In this document: positions 45,168 to 59,943 of the stretch, in pieces | How the letters are laid out: each line of letters starts with the position of its first letter | How positions within the stretch are numbered: the stretch's first letter is position 1 | Assembly (NCBI RefSeq): GCF_009914755.1 | Contig: NC_060929.1 | Strand: one strand, 5' to 3' | Length of the DNA stretch: 64,000 bases | Origin: the human T2T-CHM13v2.0 reference genome, Homo sapiens | The notes under the pieces: generated by a model | The model's input: the letters and a program-made list of their open reading frames with translations, nothing else | What the model was told of the DNA's origin: nothing | The model's database searches: none | Made by a program: the position numbers and the translations under genes

Positions 45168-45664
45168 TAGCAAGCACCCTAAACCAGATCTTGCTTCTGA
45201 ATGGTGGCTTCACTTTGTCATTTGGCAATGGAGCAAATGCTAAAATATGTCTTTGGCCTTCTTAGACTGGACATAAACCCAGTAGAATGACAGCATCTTA
45301 GGGGAAGAGACCCTGTCCCAAGTCAAGTGCTAATGTGAAATATGTGCTCAATCATTGTAAAATATATGTATATCTGATTATCACATAATACACCTTAAAT
45401 ATGTAATTTTTATCTGTCAATTAATTATTTTAACATTACAAAAAGAAGAGGCTGATAAAATTGACTCAGCTGGTCCCATGTAACAGGGCATGGTTATTCT
45501 TATGAAGGTTTCAGTTCATCCTTAGAAATATGCTACCTCACTAGAGGGCTATCTTTTCTTTTTCTATTTTATAGGTTTTTTGATCAGTTTTCTTTCTAGA
45601 GGTTAACTCTGACCCGTTATCCTAGAAGGCCTTTATCATGTCTTCATGCTGTGACTCTAGCAGA

Positions 45665-45725
45665 ACACACATACATGCGCACGTGCACACACACACACAC
45701 ACAATGTACATGTATGCGTGTATGA
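45665..45725. repeat. (CA)n-rich alternating purine-pyrimidine tract
   Basis: acacacatacatgcgcacgtgcacacacacacac... Confidence 0.85.
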
Positions 45726-45781
45726 TTATGTATATTCTCATGCTTGCATAAGCACAGTGACATAGCAAGACAGCAGCTGTG

Positions 45782-46054
45782 GTGGGAATTCTCCGCTCTA
45801 TGTGTAGGCAATGAGGTCATGGCTTATAGCGATTTTAAAGAATTCATCTGTGGACTGCATCCTGGATCACTCCAGTTATAGACATGGGTATCTTGCTCAG
45901 TGGCCCTGAGGCCGCTTATTAGATGGTTTGGTGTAAAGAAAGTACCAGTTAGGACATTCAGTGTAAAGAAAGTACTCGTTAGAACATTCAGTGTAAAGAA
46001 AGTGCCAGTTAGGACATTCAGTGGCTTGAAAGGAAGAAAGGAAAACATGACTTT
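45782..46054. repeat. ~270-bp local duplication, copy 2 (3x30-bp array 45933-46022)
   Basis: Same orientation as 42937-43207, offset 2845-2847 bp. Confidence 0.97.
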
Positions 46055-47861
46055 AGCAATTTCCCTTCTGTTTCGTTTCCTTTCCTGCCCTCTCCTTCCC
46101 CAGCCCCTGCTTCTAATCTTTGCCGCGTGGAACAAAGAATACCAGAATCAAAAACAAAGGACACTGTCTCATGTTTTTTGCTCACAAGAAAATGAAACAG
46201 AGTGCTTAGGATTCTCTGCCTCCTCATCTCGCCCCACTTGAAGGCCTCCACCCCTGGAGAAGTCATCTATTTAATCACTCCCCTTTGGCTTGAAAGAGCT
46301 AATACACTTTTACAATATGTATTCAGTTTCTTCCAAAAACTAATATGCACCTGGGCCAGGAACTAAGCCAGATCAATTGTTTGAGATAACCGATGTTATA
46401 TTATGCTGTAGGGACAGACATTGAACTGTGGATCAAAGAAGATAAGAAATTATTTCAAGATACCAGTCAGGAAAATAACAGTAAATTCAACACACCAATA
46501 TGACCCACCATTCCCTTGATCTGATTCTGAGATCTTGAAAAAAATTCACTTACCTTTGGTATGGACACTTAGTATTAAATCAGGTTCTCATGGTGCACCA
46601 GTAGCAGCTTGAAAATAAGACAGTGGAGAGAAGCAGGAAATAAGGGGCTGAGGCCTCCACCTGGGTCCGTGTACTTGTGTGTGGATTTTGTGTTAGAAGT
46701 CTGCAGCTGTAATCCATGTAACCAGTGCAGTGCGTATGATCTGGAATAGATATCATGAATCAGTTTTGCAAGAGATGTCTTAGACTCTTAAGAGTGTTGG
46801 TAACCATATGACCCCACTGATTTGTTTTCTGTTATGCCCTTTATCTTGCTTGTGTCATAATATTAATAAATTAACTGTCTTGAGCACTAGAAATGAGAAA
46901 AGAGAAGAAACTTAGTTTTGCATAGTACCTATGGGAATTCTTAAATTAAAAGAAACGTAAAGTCCCTCACTAAAAGGACTCCCCATTAAATGAACATTAT
47001 CTTCAAGCCTTAGGAAAACCTGGCACGCTCTAACAGACAGCCCAAGGGAATGCGTGATAGGAAGAAAAAACCAGGACATTCTTCTGCTAACATTGCTGAG
47101 TTAATAGTGTGTCCCATTTGACCAAAATTATCGATCCACTAACTGATTTCAGCGGCTCAGAATTGTATGTGTATATATTAGCCTATTACAGATAACATTT
47201 ACCAAACTTAGTGTGTTCGTTTTCCCTTGCTTTGATGTTTGTTTGTATTTGATACCTACTTGTTTTTTCATTTGTCTTCCTTTGGGCCTTTGGCCCACTT
47301 GCGAGGAAATTAAAGAAGGCACAAAATTTTACTTTACCGAATCTGACCAGCACAGTTCCAGTGTACTAATGGCCCCTAATGGGGGTTTAGCTATTGGTCA
47401 AATAAACAAATAAACTTTCATGTGTGTAAAGCAGTTAGAAAGAGTGGATTTTTCCTGGATATTTAAATTATGTATAATGTATGTGCATATATAATATTTA
47501 TTTTATCATTTATCTAATAGTAAAATAATTATTTTAAATTTCCTTTCTTAATTTGTGATATAAATTGAAATAATGGGTCAATATTAATAACTCATAGTGT
47601 GGGTTCTCACAGGCATTGGTCATGGTTTCATGCTTTACCTGCCAGGGTTCATTTTTTTCTCATAGCAGCCTCTCCCAAACCCTGCAGGTTGGGTAATGTC
47701 CTCCCCATTTTTGGTAGAGCTAATGGCTGTCTTTTGTTTGCGTGTGCATATCTTTATTTTATGGTTGACACAAGAGTGCTTGGAAAGTTTGAGAGATGTT
47801 CACCTGAGCATGTTGCTTGGAAGTGGTAGCTATGGAATTTAAATCCATATGGGTCTGTTGC

Positions 47862-48284
47862 TGTGGTGGTTACTTTTATGTGTCAACTTGGCCAGGCTAT
47901 AGTACCAAGTATTTAATCAAACATGAATCTAGATATTGCTGTGAAGGTATTTTGTTAGGTGGTGAACATCTACAATCAGTGGACTTTAAGTAAAGGAGAT
48001 TATCTCTGAAAATAATAATATGGATGGGCCACATCCAATGACTTGAAGACCTTAGAAGCAAATCTGAGGTTTACTAAGAAAAAGAAATTCTGCCACAATC
48101 CTGCAGCCTCAACTTCTGCCTGGGTTTCCAGCCTGCTAGTATAACCCACAGATTCGAGACTTGCCAGCCCCAACTATTGTGTGAACAATTCAAGTTTAAA
48201 AAATCATATATATTCACACATGCATACACATACACATATGTAACCTCCATTGGTTCTGTTTCTCTGGAGAACCTTGACTGATAC
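47862..48284 (+). mobile_element. MLT2D-like (ERVL) solo LTR
   Basis: tgtggtggttacttttatgtgtcaacttggccaggcta...attggttctgtttctctggagaaccttgactgataca. Confidence 0.85.
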
Positions 48285-49263
48285 AGACATCAAAGCATGG
48301 GCCGTATGATACCCATTTACAGAAGGTGAAAGGTTTTTATCCCCGTGTTACTGGCAATGAAACAAGACTTAGAGTTTGACAGACTTGCACGTGAGCATAT
48401 GTGTGGCGTGGAAATGGTTGAGGTGGGGTTTTAAGCCAACTCTGCCTCCAGAAACAATGCTGTTTAACACTGTAAACCACAGATTCCCCATCACTCCAAC
48501 TGCACATGAAGCAGGCAGCCCTGATGGGTGATATAACAGTGGCTGATGTTTATTACACACTCCTTAGTGTGCTACTCACTGGGCTGCCCATTTCACCTGC
48601 ATCATCCTGGGTTCTCAGTACAGCTAATGGAGAGGTCAAGCCGCTGCCTGCTTCTCACACTTGATGAATCAGAGCCACCTGAAGGGCAGGTTGAGGCACA
48701 GGTTCAACCCCCAGAGTTTTCTTCATTTAAGGGGAGGGAAATGAGGCTTCAGCCTTTGAAGTGGGAATGCCAAAGAATTTGTGGACATATTTTAAAACCA
48801 GCACAGCTTAGTTATTGCTGGTGTCTTTTGTGAGTGTCTTTTGTGAGTGAATGTGCTGGTCCTTTATTCTAGTCAAGCATCCTTTCATTCAGTTTATCAC
48901 TGTGCCAGTGTTTCTTATTGTTTCCTAATGCCAAGTTCTGACTGTGCCTCCCAGTTGCCCCTGACATGGCAATCTGCTCTCTTGTTGCGGCTAATAGAAG
49001 CATCTCACTCCACTGTGTTGACTCCCTAAGGCAAGCCCCCAACAGACTTTCCTTGACTTGTGGTCATGTCAGTGTCACCATGAAACCCAGGTGACTCCAG
49101 AAGCTGCAGCGAAGACTGCCCTGAGCTGGACTGTGCTATCCGGCAGCTTGATGTAGCCATGGTTCTAGCTGCTGGCTGAGCAGTCTTGAGGGCAGGTGCT
49201 ATGCGGCATCCTTAGCATAGGGACTGAGGTGACAGCAATTCTACAGCCTCTAGAGTTGCTCTC

Positions 49264-49623
49264 TGTATTAGTCTGTTTTTGCGCTGCTGATAAAGACATA
49301 CGTGAGACGGTAATTTACAAAGAAAAAGAGGTGTAATGGACTCACAGTTCCACATGGCTGGGTAGGCCTCACAACATGGTGGAAGACAAAAAGCACGTCT
49401 TACATGGCAGCAGGCAAGAGAGAATAAAAGCCAAGTGAAAGGGGAAAACACTTATAAAACCATCAGATCTTGTGAGACTTCTTCACTACCACAAGAACAG
49501 TATGGGGGAAACCACCCCCATGATTCGGTTATCTCCCACCAGGCGTCCCTCCCAGAACACGCGGGAATTTTGGGAGCTACAATTCAAGATGAGATTTGGG
49601 TGGGGACCCAGCCAAACCATACC
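49264..49623 (-). mobile_element. THE1B/C-like solo LTR
   Basis: tgtattagtctgtttttgcgctgctgataaagacatac...gatgagatttgggtggggacccagccaaaccata. Confidence 0.92.
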
Positions 49624-50083
49624 TTCTCCAACACACCCTCTTTTTTCTCAGAAGAATCCCAGAGAGGGAAACCAAAGTGCAATCTGGCTGCTCCCCTCCT
49701 GTGCCTCTCTTGCCCCTGGTCATTTCCAGTGTCACCATGGGGTGGCTTCCTGTGCTCTTCACACCACCTCCCTCTTATCTGGACTTTCCGTATGTACAAC
49801 TCCAGGGTCTAATCTGACATTCTCACTCTTGATTTTCTAAAAGGGCTGAGAATGTAGGCAGTTCCTTCCTGAGACAATAGCTTGACTTGCAAGAATGTCG
49901 TCATGCTGCAGACTTCAGCTGAATATTCCCCTTGTTTTTTCCCTCTGAATTCCTTCTGTAACATTTCTTCTCTGAGCACCACCCTCCCTGCCTCCCTCTC
50001 CACTTGAACTCAACAAGGAGATGGTTATTGCTTCCAGAAGCAGGGCAGAAGAGCATATCATGGTATCCAACATAGGAACCTCA

Positions 50084-50219
50084 TTCTACAAAGATTTGTT
50101 GGTTATTTCCTAGGTGTTCACGATATCCTAAATACAGAAACTGAATTATTTTTCTACAAAGATTTGTTGGGTATTTCCTAGGTGCTCACACTACCCTAAG
50201 TACTCAAACTGAATTATTT
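50084..50219. repeat. 68-bp diverged tandem duplication
   Basis: ttctacaaagatttgttgg.tatttcctaggtg.tcac...aaactgaattattt starts at 50084 and 50152. Confidence 0.9.
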
Positions 50220-50457
50220 TATTTAATTTTCACAATAACCCTATGAGGCAGGAATTGACCCTCCACCCAGCCCCATTTACAGCTGAAGAAACAAAAGAAA
50301 CTACAATAGAGAGGGTCTATTAATTTGCCCAAAACTAATAATTGGCCAATCCAGATACAAACCCAGGCCTCTTCACTCCAGATCTTCCATGCTACCTATC
50401 CCCATCTACATGTAAGCGGGCTGCAAGCTGCAAAATCACATGTAATACAAGATGACA

Positions 50458-51409
<952 letters not shown>

Positions 51410-53166
51410 TTACTTCCTTAATTAATTAAATTCTCAGGCATTTAAAAATGTTTTACTTATCAAAGGACATAGATTTTCAGTGGTGGTGATATTGCTCCTA
51501 AGGGGACACAATCCACCCCCCCAAGAAACAATGTATTAAGCAGAATCACATACATAGTACATAAGAGATATACAGTATATCTGTAGTGTTGCGATTTCAC
51601 TGGGGGTGGGGTACTTAGGGAAAAAAAGTCTAAACAGTTTCCTTGGAGGGTAAAATAATGAGAAAATGATTGAGAAATACTGTCATAGGGCATAATGACT
51701 ATTTAATAAGAGAAAGCATGTAAAGCATTTATTAGAGTGCTCAATGAAACATATGCACTTAGTGTTAGCTATTATTATAAATAACATTATTATTTGTTTC
51801 CTCAACCTTATACTCTTTCTTCATAAACAAGCAATTTTTAAATTGGAGTTTGCAGCCCTTTGAGGGATCAGCACACATGTCCTCACGTGTGTCTGAGAAG
51901 TTTCTCTGAAATTTGTTGTTTTATTTTGTGCTTTCATTTTCATGATAATCTTAAAAATAATGAATAACTGTGTACTGGTTCCCCTTTATAAGAGAGTCCT
52001 GCCATGAGTTATATTGTCCAAGTTTCCCCATGTTTAAAGGAAGGCGCTCTACTCCAGTGTTTGTAGATGGATAAGCAATAAAAGAGCAGTCTTAAAAATG
52101 TGCCCGATACAGTCAGACTCAGTGAAGGCCACCTGATGCCATCTCTTTGTAGGAGGGAAGGGTTCCCTGAGTTCGAGTAGAGGAAAGTGATATGCAGGTT
52201 GAGTCCTCACGCAGCCGGGAGTGGGCACGTGCATGCCAAAACAAAGAGAACATTGGCTTTAGCAGTGAGTACTGTATTTAAATTTTGAAAGACAGTTTAA
52301 TCTCAGCAAAATAACATCATCAATCATGTTAAACTAATGCTGTTAATTTGAATGTTATGGATCTTATTGTTTTTGCATTTAATTTGTTATTTTGTTTTAG
52401 TTTTATTATTGAATCAGAGCTAGAGCATATGGAGTTTATTTCTAGTTTTCCATTTGTGCATCTCTAAGCAACAATATAATAAAAATAATTTAAGTCTACA
52501 TATTGGTGTTGCACAATAATGTTATTTGCCTTATTAAATGGAGTGGTTTGGATTACTGAGGTTTGAGGAATAAAGTAATGGACTCAAAGAATTATAGACT
52601 GAGCTGCTAGGAATCATTTTTCCAGAAATTTCCCCTACCAGATACAGACACTAGGCCTGCAGAGTGAGAAGTGAATGTCAAAGGTCAGAAAGCAAGGGAG
52701 TGGTAGACTGGGGTCAGAGGCCAGGTGGACATACTTCTAACCAGGTGCCCAGTCTGCCATGTCAACCCACTTCCAAAGATGAACCATGGCAGATAAATGG
52801 CCACAGCTGCCAGGCCACAAAGGCTGGTTAGGCAAAAACAAATGGAGAATTGCTGCATTGTTTTGGTTAACTCTGAGGGTAGAGGCTGTGGAAGGGGTGG
52901 GGACGAAGGGAATAACAGATTTGTTCAGAGCCTAAGTCCCAATGAGCAATGGGTGATAGTGAGAGGAAATGATGGCCATTTTTCTGAGTTCCTTGGTATT
53001 CCCATGGGTAATATCACCTGAGCCATTCCCTCCTCAAGTGATATTAACCATCAGCCTGTATTGTTCGGTGACTTTCATCATAAGGAAACAAAACTCCAAA
53101 GTCTAAGGAGTTCTACTCTGTATGAATTTAGACTGTAAGCTTATGCCACCTAACTAGAGTTCTGTA

Positions 53167-53514
53167 CTGTCTTAGTCCATTCGGGCTGTTATAACCAAAT
53201 ACCATAGACTGGGGGGCTTATAAACAACAGAAATGTATTTCTCACAGTTCTGGAGACCGACAAGTCAAAGATCAAGGTGCCAGCAGATTTAGTGTCTGGT
53301 GAGGATGCACTTCCTACTTTATAAACAGTCTTCTACTGTGTCCTCACGTGGCAGAAGGGGGCAAGGAAGCTCTGTGGGATGTCTCATAAGGGCACTAAGC
53401 AGAGTCCTCATGACCTAACCACCTCCCAAGGCCCCACCTCCTTATACCATCACCTTGGGGATTAGGATTTCAACATGTGAATTCTGGAAGGACATAAACA
53501 TTCAGTTCATTGCA
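53167..53514 (-). mobile_element. MLT1A0-like solo LTR
   Basis: tgtcttagtccattcgggctgttataaccaaataccatagactgg...aaacattcagttcattgca. Confidence 0.88.
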
Positions 53515-53622
53515 TTTACCACTGGGAAGAAAAGACTGTTGGAAAATGATGTTTCTCAGCTGCACATCAGAGTTTTGATCATCACTTGTGGAGCAAAAAG
53601 AATTCATCTGTGATATAACTAG

Positions 53623-54483
<861 letters not shown>

Positions 54484-54637
54484 GTCAGTAGGTTTCTCCA
54501 TCACTGGGCAGTAGAGTGTGGTTCATATTTACAGACTTTCATGTGACATCTGAAGAATGTTTGGTAATATTAATGTATATGATTATATTAAAGGTTAGAA
54601 GAGTAGAAACTCAGCCTTGAGCTAAGATTATTTAGAC

Positions 54638-54854
54638 CAGGGATTCTCACCCTTGGTACCATTGACATTTGGGCTGGATAATTCTTTCTTGTGGCGGCCG
54701 ACCTGTGCATTCTAAGACGTTTAGCAACATGCCTGTCCTCCACCCACTAGATGCCAGTTGCACCTCCTGGCTCATTTGTGACAACCAAAAATGATACCAG
54801 ATATTGCTAAATGTCCCCTTGAACAGAAAAATCATCTCCAGTTGAGAACTGCTG
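54638..54854 (+). mobile_element. MER20 DNA transposon
   Basis: cagggattctcacccttggtaccattgacatttgggctggataattcttt...gttgagaactgctg. Confidence 0.88.
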
Positions 54855-55376
54855 CATTCGAAAAATGAAATGTTTTTTGTTGTGTTTTGTTTTTGAAGGA
54901 GGACCTATTAAAGCAGGGAATTCATTTTTTGATGTGACGCAGCTATTTGGAGTTAGCGGCTCTTGCTCCTCTGATTATGCCTTATTCTTTGCTTATTTCC
55001 TTTACTGAGAAATGCATAATTTATAGTTGCAAATAAAAAATTAATGCAGGAGATGTGTTCCCCACATGTACTTTCTTATTCACATTTATGCCAAAAAGAG
55101 ATTATGTTATCATATTTGACTACGTTTTATAATCTTGTCTGAGTTTATAGTCAAGCTATATTATAAGAAGACTTTAGTTCTCCTATAACATGGATCAGAT
55201 ATTTCCCAAAAGATATTTAATGCATAAGGCAAAAAAAAACTTAATAAACTCCATTCTTTGTATTATAGCTGCTTTCTTGGAAACTGGTGATATGGCTTGC
55301 TGTGGGACCGAGTGGAAGGCATGGTCCAGGTCTGAAATTACAAATCTCAAAAGCTGCTCATTCCTGTTTCTTCCAG

Positions 55377-55466
55377 GCAAAGGCAGCTCGAGCATCTCAT
55401 CTGACGTGAGTTCAAGTACAGATCACACGCCCACTAAAGCCCAGAAGAATGTGGCTACCAGCGAAG
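55377..55466 (+). CDS. FBXL7: FBXL7 (F-box/LRR-repeat protein 7) internal coding exon, 90 nt, phase 1-1 (exon 2 of the main isoform)
   Basis: Acceptor ctcattcctgtttcttccAG ends at 55376 and donor GAAG|GTaggc starts at 55467. Translation (G)KGSSSISSDVSSSTDHTPTKAQKNVATSE(D) matches my recollection of the FBXL7 N-terminus after MGANNGKQYGSE. The exon is locally CpG-rich compared with its flanks. Confidence 0.95.
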
Positions 55467-56816
55467 GTAGGCAGCTGGTCTTCATTATCTCTCTTTCTTC
55501 TTCACAGGGCTGGCTATTTTTGGAACAGAAATAAAGTGTGGGAGTGTTAGTTCTATTCTCCTGAGTGGGAGCATATGAGATCTTAAAAATGAGGATGTTC
55601 AGGGTCTCCTAAGTTTTGTTGTTGTTGTTGTTGCGCTGCAGTTACAGTTCATGAAAATTGATTTGACGGGATTCAGGTGCCTCAATTATAAGGCAAATGT
55701 TGTTTTGTGAAAATGGAATAGGCTGAATTAAGGGAAGGCTTTACAATATCATATACCTTGTCTTTCCGTATAAAAAATGATATTATTTTAAAATCCTTGT
55801 GCTGTAGTTGAATGTTCCTGGAGGAACTTTCAAAATAGGCACACCTGGAATTCAAGATTTTGACAGTGGCAATATCATAGTCATGTTATTTGTAGAACTT
55901 GAGTTAATCTCCAAAATTTGGGAGTAGGAAAAAAGGGGGTTTCTTTATTATTATTAAAGAATATGTAAGAGGTCCTTCCTGTCAGGACAAAGATTGGTCG
56001 CAGTGATTTTCTTGATGAAGAATTTGCATGTGGTAATACATGTTAGAATTCCACTGCTTTTCAATATGGAAGCTTTTGAGTTACTACTTACTTGTTTGAG
56101 TGTGGAATTAATTGTTTCTATTGTAATTATTTAGTGGAAAGTTGACCCAATTATAGAATCAGCTCTTTTTATTTTAATGTTAAACATGATTAAATGACTT
56201 TCTGTCTGAAAATGAGTTGTTGCTAAACTAATTGTTGGATTAAAGTCCAGTTTAAACATCGACGCCATTGATAATGAAAGACCTTGAGCTGTCAGCTAAT
56301 TTTCATGACATTGTGTAGCGCCTGCTTTCCTAAAGTCTGTGGGATGTTGCGGAAGCACACTTCCAGTTTTTTGTTTCAGATATTTAATTTCTGTTGGTCA
56401 TAATATTGGGCATGTACCCATGGGCTGACATTGGCCATCTGAGATCCATGATTTCTCTCTATCTGCATTATAATTTATGTATTGTAATTGTATGTGGTTT
56501 ACATCTGCTGGTATGTATACGTCTTCTCTTTGATATGTTTTGTCTTAGTGTGCTTCAAGTAGCAAAGAATTACCTTTTCTGGGTTAATAGCTTTACAACT
56601 GGATTATATTCTCCATGCTTAAAACCTTAGCACTGTTTGATGCGTTTTCCCAACATCGTAAGGCTGGCAGATTGGAGTGTTCTTTCTTTTCAGTGTATGG
56701 AAGCACCAGGTAGCAATCCAGTTTTAATTTTCTGCCTGTTAATTCAGGTATGGGCATTAGATCATTAATGAAATTCAGTTAAGGTAATGTACAAATCTCG
56801 TTAACTGATTCTAGAC

Positions 56817-56818
56817 AT

Positions 56819-56865
<47 letters not shown>

Positions 56866-57133
56866 TTTGAGATGGAGTCTCACTCTTTTGCCCAGACTAG
56901 GGTGGAGTGCCGTGGCACGATCTTTGCTCACTGCAACCTCTGCCTCCCGGATTCAAGTGATTCTCCTGCCTACAGGCACCTGCCACTATGCCCAGCTAAT
57001 TTTTGTACTTTTAGTAGAAATGGGGTTTTACCATGTTGGCCAGGCTGGTCTCAAACTCCTGACCTCAGGTGATCCACCTGCCTCAGCCTCCCAAAGTGCT
57101 GGGATTACAGGCATGAGCCACCATTCCCGACCT
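56817..57133 (-). mobile_element. Alu (AluS) with an (ATTT)n tail and a small internal deletion
   Basis: About 12 ATTT units. ttctcctgcc|tacagg lacks the usual tcagcctcc..gtagctgggat segment. Flanking gacattta repeat. Confidence 0.94.
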
Positions 57134-58147
57134 GACATTTACTTTTGAAGCTTTCATTCTTAGGAGCCATAGTGGAAATCATTGCAGTTACACATAGTGC
57201 AATCCTCTCTAGTCAGAAATCTGTTTTGCCAGATTATCTATGTTTTCTACCGTTGTTTTACAGTCACTCTTGTCACCATAACTTGTCTAATTTGAATGGC
57301 TATCCAAATAGAAAGTTAAAAGCAGGTTAAATAATCTGTTTTTTTAAGCTTTCTTATTTTTTCTCCTTTTCAAAAATAGAAAATACACAACTATATCAGC
57401 TGTGTTGCAGGGGTTGGGGGAGGGTAGTGTGGGACCTCATGCATTTAACAGTGTCTGCTTTTTATGCTTCCAAAGGGGGAAAAAATCTCTGTAGGGGCTT
57501 TAAATTTTCATTTTCTTGTGCCTTTCCCTTATGAGGAGGTGCAGGCCCAGCCAATGTTTTATACATTTTGTCACAATGTATTTTCTGTTATTCTGAGGGT
57601 AGAATCAGGCGAGAAAAATAGGAAAATGTTATGTTCATATGGAAGAGTTTTGAGCAACTGGGCTAAATTAGTGAGGAATTTCCTTCTAGCTTTTAAGTAG
57701 AAGAGGCTTGTCCCTATGAAAGATGCTGCCCATTCCCTTGCATAACTGAAAAAATTAAAAAAGAAAGTATTAAGTTCTGCTATTTGTGTGTCTGAATCCT
57801 TTTTGCTGTAGTTTTTTTAATCAATTAAAACAAAATATTAAAAAACATAGAATAGGTGTGGGCACATGTTACATTAAAATGTATTTCAGGGATGTTTGCG
57901 GGATGATTAGTTTCCTCTTATCAGGCTGCTTTTTCAATATGGATCCAGAGTAGCCAGTGCTAATTTCCTCCACGCACAGGAGACATAGTCTCAGGAAGAG
58001 ACCATTCAGGATAAGTGATTAGGGAAGTATTCTCTGACCTCTAGAGGGTGGATCTCAACTATGGTGCATAACTTTCTTCTCACTGGGAAACACCTAGGAA
58101 ACCACTGAGGAAGAAGCAGAAGGCAGACACTGACTTCTCACTCAGAC

Positions 58148-58838
58148 TGTTAGCACTGGAAGAGATCTGAGTTACCCCAAATTACCAGCGGCCTATCCCG
58201 ACGGGTCTATAGCAACTTCAGTCCTTGCCTCCTCAGAAGAAATAATTCGACTGAGGGACATAAAACAGAAAAAGAAACCGAGGCAAGTTTCAGAGCAGGA
58301 ATGGAAGTTTACTCATATAGGCCTTAGAAAAGGAAAGAAAGAAGGTGCGCTTGGAAGGAACTCAAGCAGGCACCTGAAAATTAAAAAGAGAAGTTCATGT
58401 GCCCCCATTTAACGGTGATCCTAGGACTTTTATAAGCTCACCTCTTTCCCATGATTCTTCCCTTAGGGTGGTCTTCCTGCATGCGCGGAGCCCTCTTTAC
58501 CCTTAGGAACTGAGCATGCGCAGTGTGTTTAGGGAGTTGTACGCATGCCCATCTGAGGATTTCTTCCTTTTTCCCCGGTGGCATGGAACCGGAAGATCAT
58601 ACTTAGCCATTTTTTGTGTTTTAATGTGCATTCCCGGGAAGCTGTTTCTCCCTGGAGTCTGTATTCAGTTAACAACTTTTAATGTTAACAGGTGTGGACC
58701 ATCAGGAGATTGTCTCTCCCTGGTTGCGGAATTACACTTTTTAGAGAGACAATGCCAAACCGTCACCGACATTTCTAGTTGGGGTGGGATGGGAAGCCGT
58801 CTCCTGCCCTGCTCACGCCTACCTAACTACCTGTAACA
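58148..58838 (-). mobile_element. ERV1 solo LTR (LTR9/MER50-like), 691 bp
   Basis: TG...CA ends and a perfect 4-bp TSD agac (58144-58147, 58839-58842). Minus strand begins tgttacaggtagttagg..ggcgtgagcagggcaggaga. Confidence 0.87.
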
Positions 58839-59619
58839 AGACTGCAGAGGAGCCAAGCTAAAACTGCTTCTCGGATTCTCTTCCCACTGTTTTCTAGAAC
58901 TATGTTTAACCTTTGATGTTAAGAAAATATTGGATGTAATTGGCTTTCCAGTAGCCAGTTGATTATGGTTATTTTCTTCAATTCCTTGAGCTTCTCATGA
59001 TTTTTTCACCTCTGAATTCGCCAATATCACCTTCAGGGAGCACAGGCAAGATTCTTAGTTTAAAGGTCTGAATGGTATTGATTTTTTAAAATGACATATA
59101 TTGTAAAGGATAATATTCAGTTTTCCGGCAGTCTTTGAAAACCATGGCTATACCTTTAATAGCCAGGTTGGAAGCATTTTGCAGAAGTGTTGGCCTTTTC
59201 CCTGATGGGATGGATAGGGAGGGTTCACATTGCTTCCCTGGTTGGAGGTGTATGTATGTGTGCATTTGTGTCTGACATCTACATGGTAGCTAACCACACA
59301 GGTGTTGTCACTTCGTAGAAAACTCATGCAATTGTGCTGGTAAATAAAGTGAGGACATGGGGATAGAGAAAACAGAGGGCCCTCACATAACCTGGACTTA
59401 ACCTCAGCTGCAGGTGGGAATGGGAATTAACTGTAAATGGACAGGAAGAATGTTACTGGGGAGATGACAATGTTCTGAAATTGGATAGTGATGATAGCAG
59501 CACAGCTCAGTAAATTTAGTAAAAAGCATTGAATTGTATGCTTAAAAAAGAGTGTTGGGGCAGCTACCACTTCTGCATGATCTTCAGACTTATATCTGAG
59601 TCATCACAAACTATTCTTT

Positions 59620-59943
<324 letters not shown>

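Noticed and set aside
45535-45553. CTCF-like motif tcactagagggct
   Set aside because: Mismatches at several informative positions, so it is not supportable without ChIP data.
42977-46241. Paired ORFs with KKVPVRTFSV / LNVLTGTFFT repeats
   Set aside because: They are translations of the 30-bp array in the duplicated segment. They have non-ATG or weak starts and no coding signature.
55190-55534. 114-aa ORF as a standalone gene
   Set aside because: Only 55377-55466 is bounded by splice sites and matches FBXL7. The rest is intronic read-through.
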